The notes beneath the pieces are model-generated. The model ran no database searches. It saw only the letters and a program-made list of their open reading frames with translations, and was not told the DNA's origin. A stretch of DNA of 64,000 bases from a virus. Where the stretch lies: the IMG/VR virus record IMGVR_UViG_3300029305_006219. The stretch is one strand, 5' to 3'. This document shows positions 30,309 through 41,062 of the stretch, one piece after another; position 1 is the stretch's first letter; each line of letters starts with the position of its first letter. Position numbers and translations under genes: made by a program.

Positions 30309-31598
30309 CATTAATTTTGACTATTTTTTACTGTAATTTTTATTACAGGAAACCATTTCGGCATTTAAAGTACTTCGTTTCCTAAAATACTACTATGTGC
30401 TAATAATAGCCCTACTTCCCCGCCCATAAGGCCTAGGGAATAGTCGATACAGGTTTTTCAATTAATCCATTATTTTCTAGCAGGATAATCATAATCTTTA
30501 AGAATATAAGTTTTTCCTAAATTAATATTACTTATAGTTGAACGCCCTATGTTATATTGTGCACCAATATTATCCATAGAAGTATTAGTATTACGTAACA
30601 GATCTAAAATATTCTAAACATCCTCTAAAGTTAAATTATGATTATTGCGAATGTTTTTTGCTCTAATAGGATAACTATATTTCCCTATTTCTGCAAATTT
30701 TCTTCCATTATTAATGTCTCTTAATACCCTGATTGGAATATTATATTTAATATCTATACCACCTTGAATTGGTAAATCCCAACGATACAATAAATCTTCT
30801 TTTAAATTAACTAGCTCTTCTTCGGAGGAAAAATAATCTAAAACTTCTGTCTTACACGCTGAGTCATGATTATTTTTTCTTAATGGGTAAACTAAGTTTG
30901 GATTAACATAGGTTCTACCTGTTGAAATATTTAATATAGTACCTTGTCCTACTCCATATTTATTACCTATCTCTGTTAAAGAAAACTCTGTATGATTAAT
31001 TAACAAATCAATTATTTCTTTAAGTTGATTTTCATTTAAAGCTGCATTAGGATTTTCAGTCCCTCGTTTCCCCGAAGCGTCTCCTCCTCGGGTTTTATTG
31101 TATCCGTGTCCATCTTTAATATAGGTTTTATAAAAGGAAATCCAATATCTTTCTTTATCATCTAATAACGATAAGTCAGAAACTGTTTCAAGTAATTCAA
31201 ACTCATCAATAATAATATTGTATTCTTTCATTTTTTGCTCACACAATAGAAGTTCTCTTGAACCATGTCCAGCTTGACTATAAGAATTATGCTCCATAAG
31301 TCTAGCTCGAATATTTTGAGCCTATCCAATGTAAGCTTTTCCGTTTGGGTAATTAATTTTATAAATTCCGCTAATAATGTCATTTGGTGTCATCTTAGAT
31401 AAAAATAATTTTTGCATTTTATGCCTCCTATAATGTTATATTCATCAGTTGTTCATATATATATTATTTTTATGGAAGATGGATTAATCAAAATTTCCCA
31501 CGAGATTGTATTTTATTAAAAAATATTTTCCTCGTTAGCCACTATAAGTTAGCGACCCCTAGCAGCTACTAGGTAAAGTTTTTCATCGGCCAACATTG
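30309..31598 (-). mobile_element. Putative group I intron carrying GIY-YIG HE4, inserted in GIY-YIG HE5
   Basis: 5' exon ends ...YIGQAGT, followed by an in-frame stop VNVGR*. Intron ends in G before exon 2 CAACATT. R-like TCGACTAT and S-like ATAGTCAA lie in the 3' 170 nt. Boundaries are proposed, not proven. Confidence 0.45.
30470..31417 (-). CDS. GIY-YIG homing endonuclease (HE4) with tandem C-terminal HTH repeats, 2 in-frame TAG
   Basis: MQKLFLSKMTPNDIISGIYKINYPNGKAYIG[TAG]AQNIRARL... then ORF 30614..31297. The TAG at 30614-16 reads through into a second HTH repeat DNIGAQYNIGRSTISNINLGKTY before TAA at 30470-72. GGAGG RBS. Confidence 0.75.
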
Positions 31599-32566
31599 AC
31601 CGCTTGTCCGATATAAGATATACCAGAGTCAATGTGTGTTATCTTATATATTCCACTGGCGCCCAACGCACCTACGCGCGCCGCAAGGTCATTGACTTTA
31701 TCTCTATAGAAAGTAGTCCATATAAGCATACGCAAAGGTCTTGCTTCGCGTAGATTATATTCAATACTTTGAAGATATGCCACGTCTCGCTTATCTGCCT
31801 CATTAAGTTGAAGAGTATAAAATGTTGCTTGATTTTTAATTTCTTCTTCACGAAGTTGTGCTTCCATTGTGGCGGCCTTGGTTGCACGAATTTTTTCTAG
31901 CTCTTTGCGGATTGAGTCTAGGTCGGCGCGCATTGCCGCCTCTTCTTCTTGTAATTCTTTAGACATTGACTATTGCTTATCATAAAATAATTGCACAAGA
32001 GTGTCAATATCTTGACGTCGCTCTTCAATTAATCCTTTTTCTCTTGCATCAAGTTCTTGAAGTCTGTCAAAATATAATTGATCAAGAGTGTCCACTTCAA
32101 TATCGAACTCTTGTTCGCGTTTTTGATATTCATAATCAAGAGTCTCACAATATTGTTCAAAGGAGGCGAGCGCAGCTGCCTTTAAGTCACCTGACATTGT
32201 CTCTACAGAGCTGCTGAAAGCAGCAATTTGCGCCTCAATTCCTGCTTTTTCAATTTGCTTATTTTGAATTTCATTTATTAACAACAATTTCTATTGAGTT
32301 AATTGATTTAATTCGTCGTAAGAATTTTTTGTTTTTTTACAGTTCTCTTCATATTTTTGAGAAATTTCATTGTTAGATTTTATCAATAAGTTATTTTGTG
32401 CTTCTAAGCTTTTGCGAGTTGCTTGTAATGACTAATTGAGTTCTTCTAGTTTCTAATTTTCTTCTGCTGTATAGCGATTAGCTTTTACAGATGTGGCTTT
32501 AACCCATACTCCATAAGCAAGACCGCTCACACCAAGAAGAATTGATATTACGCATAATACTATCAT
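31583..32566 (-). CDS. Membrane-anchored coiled-coil protein whose C-terminus is the 5' exon of GIY-YIG HE5, 4 in-frame TAG
   Basis: N-terminal TM helix MIVLCVISILLGVSGLAYGVWV, then a long coiled coil. ORFs 31970..32287 and 31583..31966 are joined by TAG 31970-72; further TAGs at 32453-55, 32432-34, 32291-93. Ends GASGIYKITHIDSGISYIGQAVNVGR*. Confidence 0.5.
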
Positions 32567-32948
32567 CTTTACAATTTAAGGGGTAATTGCATAATTACCC
32601 CTTATTTTCCTTTTTAATTAGTCTTCCGTTGCCTCAGGATCAAAACATTTTCCCGTTTCAGTTAGACGGATATATTTTACCTTACCGCCAGTTACAGCAA
32701 CCTCTTCACGATAAATAAGATCGTGGTGTCTTGCCATTGCTGTGAGGCATCCATTTACAGACTTTACACCGATACCAGTTGCTTCTGAAATATCCTATGC
32801 AGTAAAGTCCTCTCCATCATGCTCTCTTACATAGTTAAAAATTGTGAGTGAATTGTCTTTTAAAGCCATTGCCTTAATTCTCCTTTTATATCTTAATATT
32901 TGCAGTTTTTTATTCTCTGCTATTGTTATTATAATTATATAATAAATT

Positions 32949-33200
32949 TTAATGATTGTCAAGTAGATTCTTGTTATAGATATAATCTTCGATGGCAAAC
33001 ATCTCAATCATTGTGCAGCTTTCAATGATTTGGGTCATTTCAGTTTCAGCTGCGTCTTTATCAATGCCTGCTTTTATTTGCTTTTCGAGTTCTACAATGC
33101 GCTTAATTTTAGGCATAAGGCGCTTATGCATTGCCTTACGCTGCTCTCGGTTCATTGGCGCATGACTATTTGAATCTTTTAAGTTTATGTTAACTTTCAT
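32949..33200 (-). CDS. Hypothetical protein
   Basis: 83 aa; ATGA overlap with ligA. Confidence 0.3.
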   Translation of the reverse strand: MKVNINLKDSNSHAPMNREQRKAMHKRLMPKIKRIVELEKQIKAGIDKDAAETEMTQIIESCTMIEMFAIEDYIYNKNLLDNH

Positions 33201-35209
33201 TTCATTAACTCCTGTAACTGTTCTTCAGTGATAATTGGAATACCGAGCTCTTTTGCTTTAAGATTTTTTGATGATGTGCTTGTAACATCATTGTTTACGA
33301 GATAATCGGTTTTTGAAGAGACTGATGATGTTACCTTGCCACCTGCGGCGGTCACTGCCGCTGAAAGTTCGTCTCGGTTCTTCCAGATATGGACTCGACC
33401 CGTGACACAAAAAATCTTACCCTCAAGCGCATTTCCAGAATTTTCCAGTGCGCCTTCTTCTTCGACAAAGTCAATGATATTCATATCAACCATTCTATCT
33501 GCCTCATAATAATTAAAACTCATGATTGCCTCATGCATTGCTGGACCAAATCCATCAATCTGTGTAAAGTCAAAAGGTTTAATACCAGTGATAGGATCGG
33601 GAGTTACAGATACTCTAAAGTTTTGATAAGTTTCAAATATCTGCGCCAACTGACGTGCATAAGTCTTCCCTATAAGCGGAATACTAATCGCGCTTAAATA
33701 CTTCTCAAGTGTCGTGTGACGCGCCTCTTCAATAGCATCCAAAATCTTCTTTACGCTCTTTGCGCCGAATCCTGGCTTATTAATCCACTCAGACTCGCAT
33801 TGGTATAGATAGAATAGATCCTTTGCTCTTGTAATCCAGCCCCAGTCAATAAGTTTTTCTAAGGTAGCTTTAGACAAGCCTTTAATGTCGAGACCTTTCT
33901 TACCACAGAAATGGTCTAGCTTGTTTATGAGCTTTCCTTCGCAAGTATCACTTGAACAATACAGCTCAATAGTTCCACTATCGCTCTCTCTGATTTCTGT
34001 TGGCGCGCCGCAGATTGGACATTTCTTAGGTGGAAATAAGAATTTAATTTCTGGATCGTTAAGATAATAACCCGGATCCGCGCCAAATATTTCTTCCGCT
34101 TTTTCCCCCCAACTTACTTGAGGATTAATCATTAATGCCTTATATGTTTTTATTTTTTGTCCTACATAGGGATATTCACCAAGAATCTCGACTAAAGTAT
34201 TGATATTATGAAGGCTTGCTCTTGAGCACATTGTATTTTCCATTTCTATTTCTCGATAAATAGCAACTGGACTAAGCACTCCCGTTTTACCCATACTCCA
34301 TTCAATATCTAATAGCTCGGTTTCATATTCTTCATCATAAAATTTAAACGCAATTGCCGCTTTTGGATGATGGGCGGTAATCCCAGTGGCATAGTATTCG
34401 CTTTTATTATTTAATTTAAAAACCACTCCATCAATAGGTAAGCCTATTCTTTCACTATCCCATTTTAAACTATCTATTGCTTCTGTTATAGATTGACTTC
34501 CTGAAACGCTCCAGGAGACAACCTCAAACCCATAAAGACTTAAATCTTCGAGTTGAGCTGATAAAAAGTTACTTTCACTTTTATCGTCATAAATACAGTC
34601 CCACGCAATAAAACTCAAATTTCGCTTTGCAGACTCAGCGCTGTCAAGCAATCTAATACTACCCGCCGCAAAGTTTCTTGAGTTAGCATACTCCTCTGCA
34701 AAAGGTGCAAAGTCTTGCGAAAAACAGACTATCTCTCCATCGACTACAAGTCTGCCATCATGCGGAATCCACTTGGGTATATTTTTTACAACTTTAGCGT
34801 TGTGTGTGATATCCTCTCCCACCTCGCCATTGCCTCGAGTAGCCGCTTGAATTAGGCGCCCGCCTTGATAGATAAGACGACATGATAGACCATCACATTT
34901 AGCCATTGCAATCCATTGCTTATTTCCAAATTTATCTTCGATATCAGCAATCTCTTTTGTCTTATCAAGAGAAAGCATAGGAAAGTCTTCATCATGAGAT
35001 ACTTTGCGAAGCTCCGATACAACTTCATATCTTATCTTTTGAGTTGGAGATCCAGGTAGGCTTTCTCCAGCAACTTCTTCAAGATTCTTTAATTCAAAAT
35101 AGGCATCATCCCACTCTTTATCGCTAATTGCAGGGGTACTTTTATCATAAAGCTCTTGATGATGATTTAGAAACTCAATAAGCTCTTTCATTCTTGTATA
35201 ATTAGCCAT
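33197..35209 (-). CDS. ligA: NAD-dependent DNA ligase
   Basis: 670 aa with the adenylation motif KCDGLS, Zn finger CPICGAP, HhH region and a C-terminal BRCT-like domain. Confidence 0.85.
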   Translation of the reverse strand: MANYTRMKELIEFLNHHQELYDKSTPAISDKEWDDAYFELKNLEEVAGESLPGSPTQKIRYEVVSELRKVSHDEDFPMLSLDKTKEIADIEDKFGNKQWIAMAKCDGLSCRLIYQGGRLIQAATRGNGEVGEDITHNAKVVKNIPKWIPHDGRLVVDGEIVCFSQDFAPFAEEYANSRNFAAGSIRLLDSAESAKRNLSFIAWDCIYDDKSESNFLSAQLEDLSLYGFEVVSWSVSGSQSITEAIDSLKWDSERIGLPIDGVVFKLNNKSEYYATGITAHHPKAAIAFKFYDEEYETELLDIEWSMGKTGVLSPVAIYREIEMENTMCSRASLHNINTLVEILGEYPYVGQKIKTYKALMINPQVSWGEKAEEIFGADPGYYLNDPEIKFLFPPKKCPICGAPTEIRESDSGTIELYCSSDTCEGKLINKLDHFCGKKGLDIKGLSKATLEKLIDWGWITRAKDLFYLYQCESEWINKPGFGAKSVKKILDAIEEARHTTLEKYLSAISIPLIGKTYARQLAQIFETYQNFRVSVTPDPITGIKPFDFTQIDGFGPAMHEAIMSFNYYEADRMVDMNIIDFVEEEGALENSGNALEGKIFCVTGRVHIWKNRDELSAAVTAAGGKVTSSVSSKTDYLVNNDVTSTSSKNLKAKELGIPIITEEQLQELMK

Positions 35210-35221
35210 TTCTCTTTCTCC

Positions 35222-35298
35222 TCTTTTTCATTCTTATAATAAATTATAACATATTTTTAATAAAAAATCAAAATAAGAGGGTTAATATAACCCTCTTA
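35222..35298 (-). promoter_or_regulatory. Intergenic terminator plus sigma-A promoter module (repeated family)
   Basis: Minus strand: hairpin AAGAGGGTTATATTAACCCTCTT, then TTGATT-17 nt-TGTTATAAT, then RBS GAGGAG before the ligA ATG. Confidence 0.55.
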
Positions 35299-36144
35299 AT
35301 GTTTTATTCTATACCATAAGCTATAAAAGACACTATATATCTTATTGGCAATTTTAACTAAAGTGCGTAAAAACTTATTTTGGGTTTTAAACGGCTTTTT
35401 AATATTTAATGGAGTGGTCTCAGTATCAACAATAGCATAAGCTTCACGTAACTTAAAATCATAGGGCCAAACGGCACGACCTTGATTACCCCAAAATACA
35501 CTCCAAGAATTTTGAATTTTCCAACCGTTTTCATCCCAACCATAAAGCACCATCGCATGGCCGCCAGACTTTTGGGTGAAATTAGAGGTTATAACTCCAT
35601 CTTTGACTTTCATATCATTATACCAGTCCACTGCAATAATAACAGGATAGCCTTGCATTAATGCTGTTTTTATTTCTTTTTCTTTTGATACTTTAATATA
35701 AGAGGTAAAACGGAATTGGCGCGCGAGTGCGTCCAATGAGTCTTTAGCCTTTTCTACTGCGGTAATAATATCTGGGACTTCACAATGTAATGGAAAATCA
35801 TTGAATGTAGGAGCGCCATCTGCGCAAAAATTGGAAATTGCAAAACGCGTAATCATGCCAGCAGTTTTATTTAATGGAGGCACTCTATTGCCATAAATAT
35901 AGCCAACGCTTATTTCATTTGCGATGCCATATTGTTGTTGATTAAAATATTCTGCTACTAAAGCAATAGAATGAGCTACGCAAGAGCCAACTGATCCTTG
36001 ATTCTTAACAGGTGGCATTGGTAATTCAAATTCAGCTGGAAATTCTGATTGTAGACTAGAACTATCAATACGATAATCTCGGATATCGGGAGCGGAAAAT
36101 TCCGCTCCCAAAGTTTCCATATATTGTTGATTTTCAGTTATCAT
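35296..36144 (-). CDS. Papain-like (C1 family) cysteine peptidase
   Basis: QGSVGSCVAHS (Gln and Cys), GGHAMVLYGW (His), NSWSVFWGNQG (Asn and Trp). Confidence 0.6.
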   Translation of the reverse strand: MITENQQYMETLGAEFSAPDIRDYRIDSSSLQSEFPAEFELPMPPVKNQGSVGSCVAHSIALVAEYFNQQQYGIANEISVGYIYGNRVPPLNKTAGMITRFAISNFCADGAPTFNDFPLHCEVPDIITAVEKAKDSLDALARQFRFTSYIKVSKEKEIKTALMQGYPVIIAVDWYNDMKVKDGVITSNFTQKSGGHAMVLYGWDENGWKIQNSWSVFWGNQGRAVWPYDFKLREAYAIVDTETTPLNIKKPFKTQNKFLRTLVKIANKIYSVFYSLWYRIKH

Positions 36145-38483
36145 ATTTTAATTACTCCTTTTATGGTACTATTTTTAATCATTATATTACCTTGCGCCGT
36201 GCGCGCTAAGAGCGGAATTTCAGTGGCTGATATGCAGATGCTATTTGGCGAACCGACTATGAGAAGATTATCTTCATCGCTAATCAACGCTGCGCCAGCC
36301 AGGTCTCCACTTCCTATCTTTAGGCCCTTGCCACCTCTACCCTGGACAGGGAATTCTTCAAGCAAGGTCTTGCGCCCCATACCATTCGCGCTAAATGTTG
36401 CAAGAGTATCAGTCTTATGCTTAATAGGCAAACCAGTTAAAACCTCATCACCCTCGTTTAATTTAATGCTCTTTACACCAGAGGTTACGCGCCCAATAGG
36501 AGCAATCTCTTTCGTTTCAAAGCGAATACTCATTCCTTGTTTTGTAAGAATGATAAAATCTTCTTCATTAGCAAAAGTAACAGTAGCAAGTGAATCACCT
36601 TCCTTAAACTTAATTGCGGTAATACCTGTTGCTCGTTTTGTTTGGAGATATTCTTCTAACTTTGTCTTTTTGAAAAGTCCCTGCTTTGTAATAAAGATAA
36701 CATATTCTGCTTGACTCTTGCGATATAGTGAAGTCATAGCTACTACTTTTTCATCTGCTTCTATATTAATCAAGGCGCCGATGCGTCCGCCCTTCGAAGC
36801 ATTAGTGCCAGTAGGAACTTTATCTACCAATAGACGATACATTTTACCTTTATCAGTAAAGAACATTAAAGTATCGACAGTGTTGGTAGAAATCATGTCA
36901 AGGATTGCGTCATCTGTTGTCTTTACGCCTTTGCCGTTGCGCTTTTGCGTTTTAAAAGATGCGGCGGGCACTCTCTTAATATCGCCATTTTGTGTCGCTA
37001 TTACTACGCAGTCTTCAGGTACTACGGTTTCGATTTCCTTCTCTACCTTGGGAAGCTCGATCTGCTCAAGACCAGTTCTGCGTGAGTCACCATATTTCTT
37101 AATGAATGCGGTAAGGCGTTCGCGCAATACTTCACGCTGCTTGGTTTCGTTAAGGAAGAGGGTATTTAATTCCTCAACTTCTTTGTGGAGTTCGTTTGCC
37201 TCTTGATTCAGCTCAACCTTTTCAAGTCCAGCGAGCTTACCAAGTTTCATATCTACGATAGCTTTTGCTTGTGCTTCAGAGAACTTATAGGTGGCGATTA
37301 ACGCATCCTTAGCGGCCGCCGCACTTGCAGATGTCTTAATGAGCGCGATAATGTTATCGATATCTTCCAATGCATGAAGAAGTCCTTCAACGATATGAAG
37401 TCTATCTTGCGCCTTTTCCAAATCAAACTGTGCTTCATTTTGAATACAAAGTAAATTATGGTCTACATAAATCTCACAATAGTCTTTAAGAGTAAGAAGT
37501 CTTGGAGTTTTACCCACAAGCGCCCATTGGTTTGCGCTATATGATTTTTGTAAATCAGTCTTAGAATACAGCTGTTTTAATACTGCATCGGGATTTTCAC
37601 CACATTCTACATCTATTTCAATACCCTTTTTACTACTTCTATTATAAACCGCATCTACGCCAGTGATTTCGCCTTTTGATGCAAGCTCTTTAATTTTTTC
37701 AATAAGAGGCTCAACATACACCTGATAAGGAAGTTCTCTAAAATAGATATGGTCTTTTACTATATCTGCTCTTGCCCTAAGTGTGACTTTGCCTTTGCCT
37801 GTTGCATAAATAGGCGCTAAATCGTTTTTATTAATTATCTGACATCCCGTAGGAAAATCTGGAGCTAAGCCTGTAAAATCAACAGTGTTAGTTTCAATAT
37901 AGTTAAGAATAACATTTCCTATATCAGTTAAGTTATGCGGCAACCATACGTTTGCTATTGTGCTTCCTATTCCTTGACATCCATTTACCATTAAGCGAGG
38001 GAAAATCGCAGGAAGAACCTCTGGCCATTCATCGTCTTCAGAATAGTTGGGAATCATTTTTACTACTCGCTTTTTAATAGCATGGAACATACCCTCTTCA
38101 GTTGCTTTTGAAAGACGAGTTTCTGTATACCTTGAAGAAGCGGCTGAGTCAGGAATAATTTGAGAACCATTATTTCCTTTCCAGTCTACTTCTGGAACAT
38201 TATTAATCCATGGCTGAGACATACGAGTAAAAGTTTCATAGATAGCTACATCTCCGTGCGGCCACCAGTTACCCGATACTGCGCCAGCTACTTTTGCGCC
38301 TTTTACTGTTGGTTTAGAAGAAAGATATCCTTTATGATACATTTCCCAAAGACAAGCGCGTTGACCTGGTTTTAAGCCGTCTCTTGCGTCAGCAAAAGCA
38401 CGACATGAATTGGCTTCATAACTAAAATCTATAAAGTTATTTGATAATTCATCACATATGTTTATTTGTTTATTATTATCCAT
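36141..38483 (-). CDS. Type II topoisomerase subunit A (GyrA/ParC-like)
   Basis: 780 aa with a GLKPGQRACLWEM motif, downstream of the B subunit with ATGA overlap. Confidence 0.8.
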   Translation of the reverse strand: MDNNKQINICDELSNNFIDFSYEANSCRAFADARDGLKPGQRACLWEMYHKGYLSSKPTVKGAKVAGAVSGNWWPHGDVAIYETFTRMSQPWINNVPEVDWKGNNGSQIIPDSAASSRYTETRLSKATEEGMFHAIKKRVVKMIPNYSEDDEWPEVLPAIFPRLMVNGCQGIGSTIANVWLPHNLTDIGNVILNYIETNTVDFTGLAPDFPTGCQIINKNDLAPIYATGKGKVTLRARADIVKDHIYFRELPYQVYVEPLIEKIKELASKGEITGVDAVYNRSSKKGIEIDVECGENPDAVLKQLYSKTDLQKSYSANQWALVGKTPRLLTLKDYCEIYVDHNLLCIQNEAQFDLEKAQDRLHIVEGLLHALEDIDNIIALIKTSASAAAAKDALIATYKFSEAQAKAIVDMKLGKLAGLEKVELNQEANELHKEVEELNTLFLNETKQREVLRERLTAFIKKYGDSRRTGLEQIELPKVEKEIETVVPEDCVVIATQNGDIKRVPAASFKTQKRNGKGVKTTDDAILDMISTNTVDTLMFFTDKGKMYRLLVDKVPTGTNASKGGRIGALINIEADEKVVAMTSLYRKSQAEYVIFITKQGLFKKTKLEEYLQTKRATGITAIKFKEGDSLATVTFANEEDFIILTKQGMSIRFETKEIAPIGRVTSGVKSIKLNEGDEVLTGLPIKHKTDTLATFSANGMGRKTLLEEFPVQGRGGKGLKIGSGDLAGAALISDEDNLLIVGSPNSICISATEIPLLARTAQGNIMIKNSTIKGVIKI

Positions 38484-38498
38484 TTTTTATTCTCCTTA

Positions 38499-40409
38499 TT
38501 ACCACAATCCATCGCTTGCTTCTTCGCTGTGCGCCAATAGCCATGCGCGCCTTGGAGGAACAGCAGTCCCCATTAATGTTTCAAACATAATATCTGCCTG
38601 CTTTTTATCGGGAACTATAATCTGATTGATATTGCGAGTCTCAGGATTTAGTAAGCAGGGCTCTAATTCTTCGCTATCCTGTTCTCCAAGTCCCTTGTTT
38701 CTGTTGATAACGAACTTCTCGTTTCGATGTTCATTTTTATATTTCTCTAGCTCCTCATTATCTTTAAGGTAGATATATTTATCTTTTCCCTTAGTGATTC
38801 TATAAAGAGGCGGAACTGTTACATAAACGTGACCATTTAAAATAAGCTCTGGACAAATAGTCCATAGGCAAGTTAATATAAGATTTTTTATAGCCATGCC
38901 ATCAGGATCTGCATCACAAGCTGTAAGAATTTTTCCATAACGAAGCTTTGAAGTATCATAAATCAATTTACCTGTTCGAGGATCAATATCAAGACCAAGA
39001 GCTTTCTTTAGATTATTTACTTCTGCATTAGCAAGAACTTTCTCTGGAGAATTCTTGTAAAGATTGATTAATTTTCCACGGATTGGAAAAATGCCTTGTG
39101 TTTCAGAATCTCGAACCTTAATCAATCCACCTGCGGCACTATCGCCTTCACAGATATACAGCTCACATTCAAGCCTGTTTTTGCTATTTGCGTCAACGAG
39201 TTTTGTTGGAAGGTTAAGAAGTTTATTTTTCTTTTCTTTTTTGTCGCCACGAGCCGCGTCTCGCGCCTTTTTAGCAGCTTCTCTTGCCTTTCTTGCATTA
39301 ATTGCTTTATCTGCAATTACTTTGATTTCCTTTTCATTATTATTCAACCAAATACTTAAATTCTCTGCGAGTGCCTGAGTAAAGGTTGTCATACCAATTT
39401 TAGTAATATTACTCTTAACCTGTGCATCATAAGATACATTGGGTGCAGTAATATTAAATACAATATACATTCCCTCTTGGATATCATCACCAGACAGATT
39501 CTCGTCAGTAGATTTCAACCACTTTTTCTCCTTGAAGAACTTATTAAATTCTCTTGTGAGTACTGTCTTAATCTGTGTGATATGAGGTCCTTTCTCTGTA
39601 AGTCCAGTATTCACATATGGAACCAGAGTAGAGGAATAATTGCTGGTATAAGTGAGGATAAAGTCCATTTTCTCTTTTCCTTCACTAAAATTCATAGAAA
39701 ATCTGTTATTGATTATTTCTTTATCTTTTACTGCTTTATCTGCTAAATCATTTAATCCACGAGTTGAATGATAAACAGTTTTCTTTCCATTATCATCAAG
39801 ATTAATCGTTAACCCAGGGCAAAGACAAGTGATTGTTTCAAATAAAGAATGAATTTTAGACACTTCTACTTCTGGATGAGTAAAGAACTCTTCGCTTGGT
39901 TCGTACTCTACAATAGTACCTGTAGGTTCTTTATTTTCAATGCCCGTTACTCGCTGATCGAATACACCTTCTCTAAAATTGACGCTTTCCATTTTCTTAT
40001 CTCGAATAGTTACAACGCGCAACCAATGAGAAAGGAATGTAGTAATCTTTGAGCCAATACCGAAGCTACCTAATGATGTTCCTTCATAAGTTCCATCCTC
40101 TCGATACTTTCCGGAGGTATTCAGAACTGAGAAAGCTGCCTCTAGGATAGTTTTACCATCATCGCGCTTTTCATTTACCAAGAAGCCCTGACCATAGTCT
40201 CTAACTCTAACCTTAGCATCTCGAAGCTCTACATCGATTTGATTACCATGACCCAATCTAAATTCATCAACCGAGTTAGAAATTATCTCAACCAAGAGCT
40301 GAGTTGCATAGGTCGTGTCTCCTGCATATACCCCTGGCCTAAGACGAGTAAATTCTAGCGGCGATAAAGATTCGATTGAGTCCTTAGTATATAATTTACT
40401 ATCTGCCAT
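38499..40409 (-). CDS. Type II topoisomerase subunit B (GyrB/ParE-like ATPase plus Toprim)
   Basis: 636 aa with a GHKL ATPase N-terminus and the Toprim motif EGDSAAG. Confidence 0.8.
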   Translation of the reverse strand: MADSKLYTKDSIESLSPLEFTRLRPGVYAGDTTYATQLLVEIISNSVDEFRLGHGNQIDVELRDAKVRVRDYGQGFLVNEKRDDGKTILEAAFSVLNTSGKYREDGTYEGTSLGSFGIGSKITTFLSHWLRVVTIRDKKMESVNFREGVFDQRVTGIENKEPTGTIVEYEPSEEFFTHPEVEVSKIHSLFETITCLCPGLTINLDDNGKKTVYHSTRGLNDLADKAVKDKEIINNRFSMNFSEGKEKMDFILTYTSNYSSTLVPYVNTGLTEKGPHITQIKTVLTREFNKFFKEKKWLKSTDENLSGDDIQEGMYIVFNITAPNVSYDAQVKSNITKIGMTTFTQALAENLSIWLNNNEKEIKVIADKAINARKAREAAKKARDAARGDKKEKKNKLLNLPTKLVDANSKNRLECELYICEGDSAAGGLIKVRDSETQGIFPIRGKLINLYKNSPEKVLANAEVNNLKKALGLDIDPRTGKLIYDTSKLRYGKILTACDADPDGMAIKNLILTCLWTICPELILNGHVYVTVPPLYRITKGKDKYIYLKDNEELEKYKNEHRNEKFVINRNKGLGEQDSEELEPCLLNPETRNINQIIVPDKKQADIMFETLMGTAVPPRRAWLLAHSEEASDGLW

Positions 40410-40519
40410 ATTTTCTCCTTTATTTTATTTTATTCATTTTTATTTACTTATAATATATTATAACATATTTTTTATATTTTTTCAATTCAAAAAGCCATAG
40501 ATTAACTCTATGGCTTATT

Positions 40520-41002
40520 TTATATTATATTTAAGCGGAACATTCTATATCCTTCAACCATTATTTTGAATTTAACATATAATTCAGATAACGAATATGC
40601 TTCCAGCGCTGGATCCTTAAGAGGGAAAACGGGCGCACAAGTGGAATACCCATTTTCAGTCAAAAAATTTCTAAAAGCATTTTCGATTCGGTCGAGACGT
40701 TCGCCTTCAATCCGAACAGCTTCTTCAGTATAAGGGGTGTCATAAAAACCTGTATCTATTGTCATATAGTATTTTTTATCAGCTCGATTATAATAAATAT
40801 ATGCATCATCCCAAGAGCAGAACGAAGGTGTAATTATAGGGTTTGTATTATATCCCCATATAAATTTATTATCTAACATATTAAATTCATCGTCGCGCCA
40901 GTCCGGATAAAGGCGCACGCATCTTGCTTTTTCGCGCTTCATGCTTTTGCCTATACGACGAAATTCTTTACGTAAATAGGCATCTAATTTTTGTTTATTC
41001 AT
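40520..41002 (-). CDS. Hypothetical protein
   Basis: 160-aa ORF. Confidence 0.3.
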   Translation of the reverse strand: MNKQKLDAYLRKEFRRIGKSMKREKARCVRLYPDWRDDEFNMLDNKFIWGYNTNPIITPSFCSWDDAYIYYNRADKKYYMTIDTGFYDTPYTEEAVRIEGERLDRIENAFRNFLTENGYSTCAPVFPLKDPALEAYSLSELYVKFKIMVEGYRMFRLNII

Positions 41003-41062
41003 ACTTACTCCTTGTTAATAATGGTAAAGCTCCTTTGATTCTCTCAAAGGAGCTTCTCTATC

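Noticed and set aside
25680-33001. Apparent 1-nt frame inconsistencies between my hand translation and the supplied ORF table near 25680 and 33000
   Set aside because: Both fall exactly at line breaks of the printed sequence and do not accumulate downstream, so I treat them as my own reading or transcription error rather than real frameshifts. Coordinates I derived by hand may be off by 1-2 nt.
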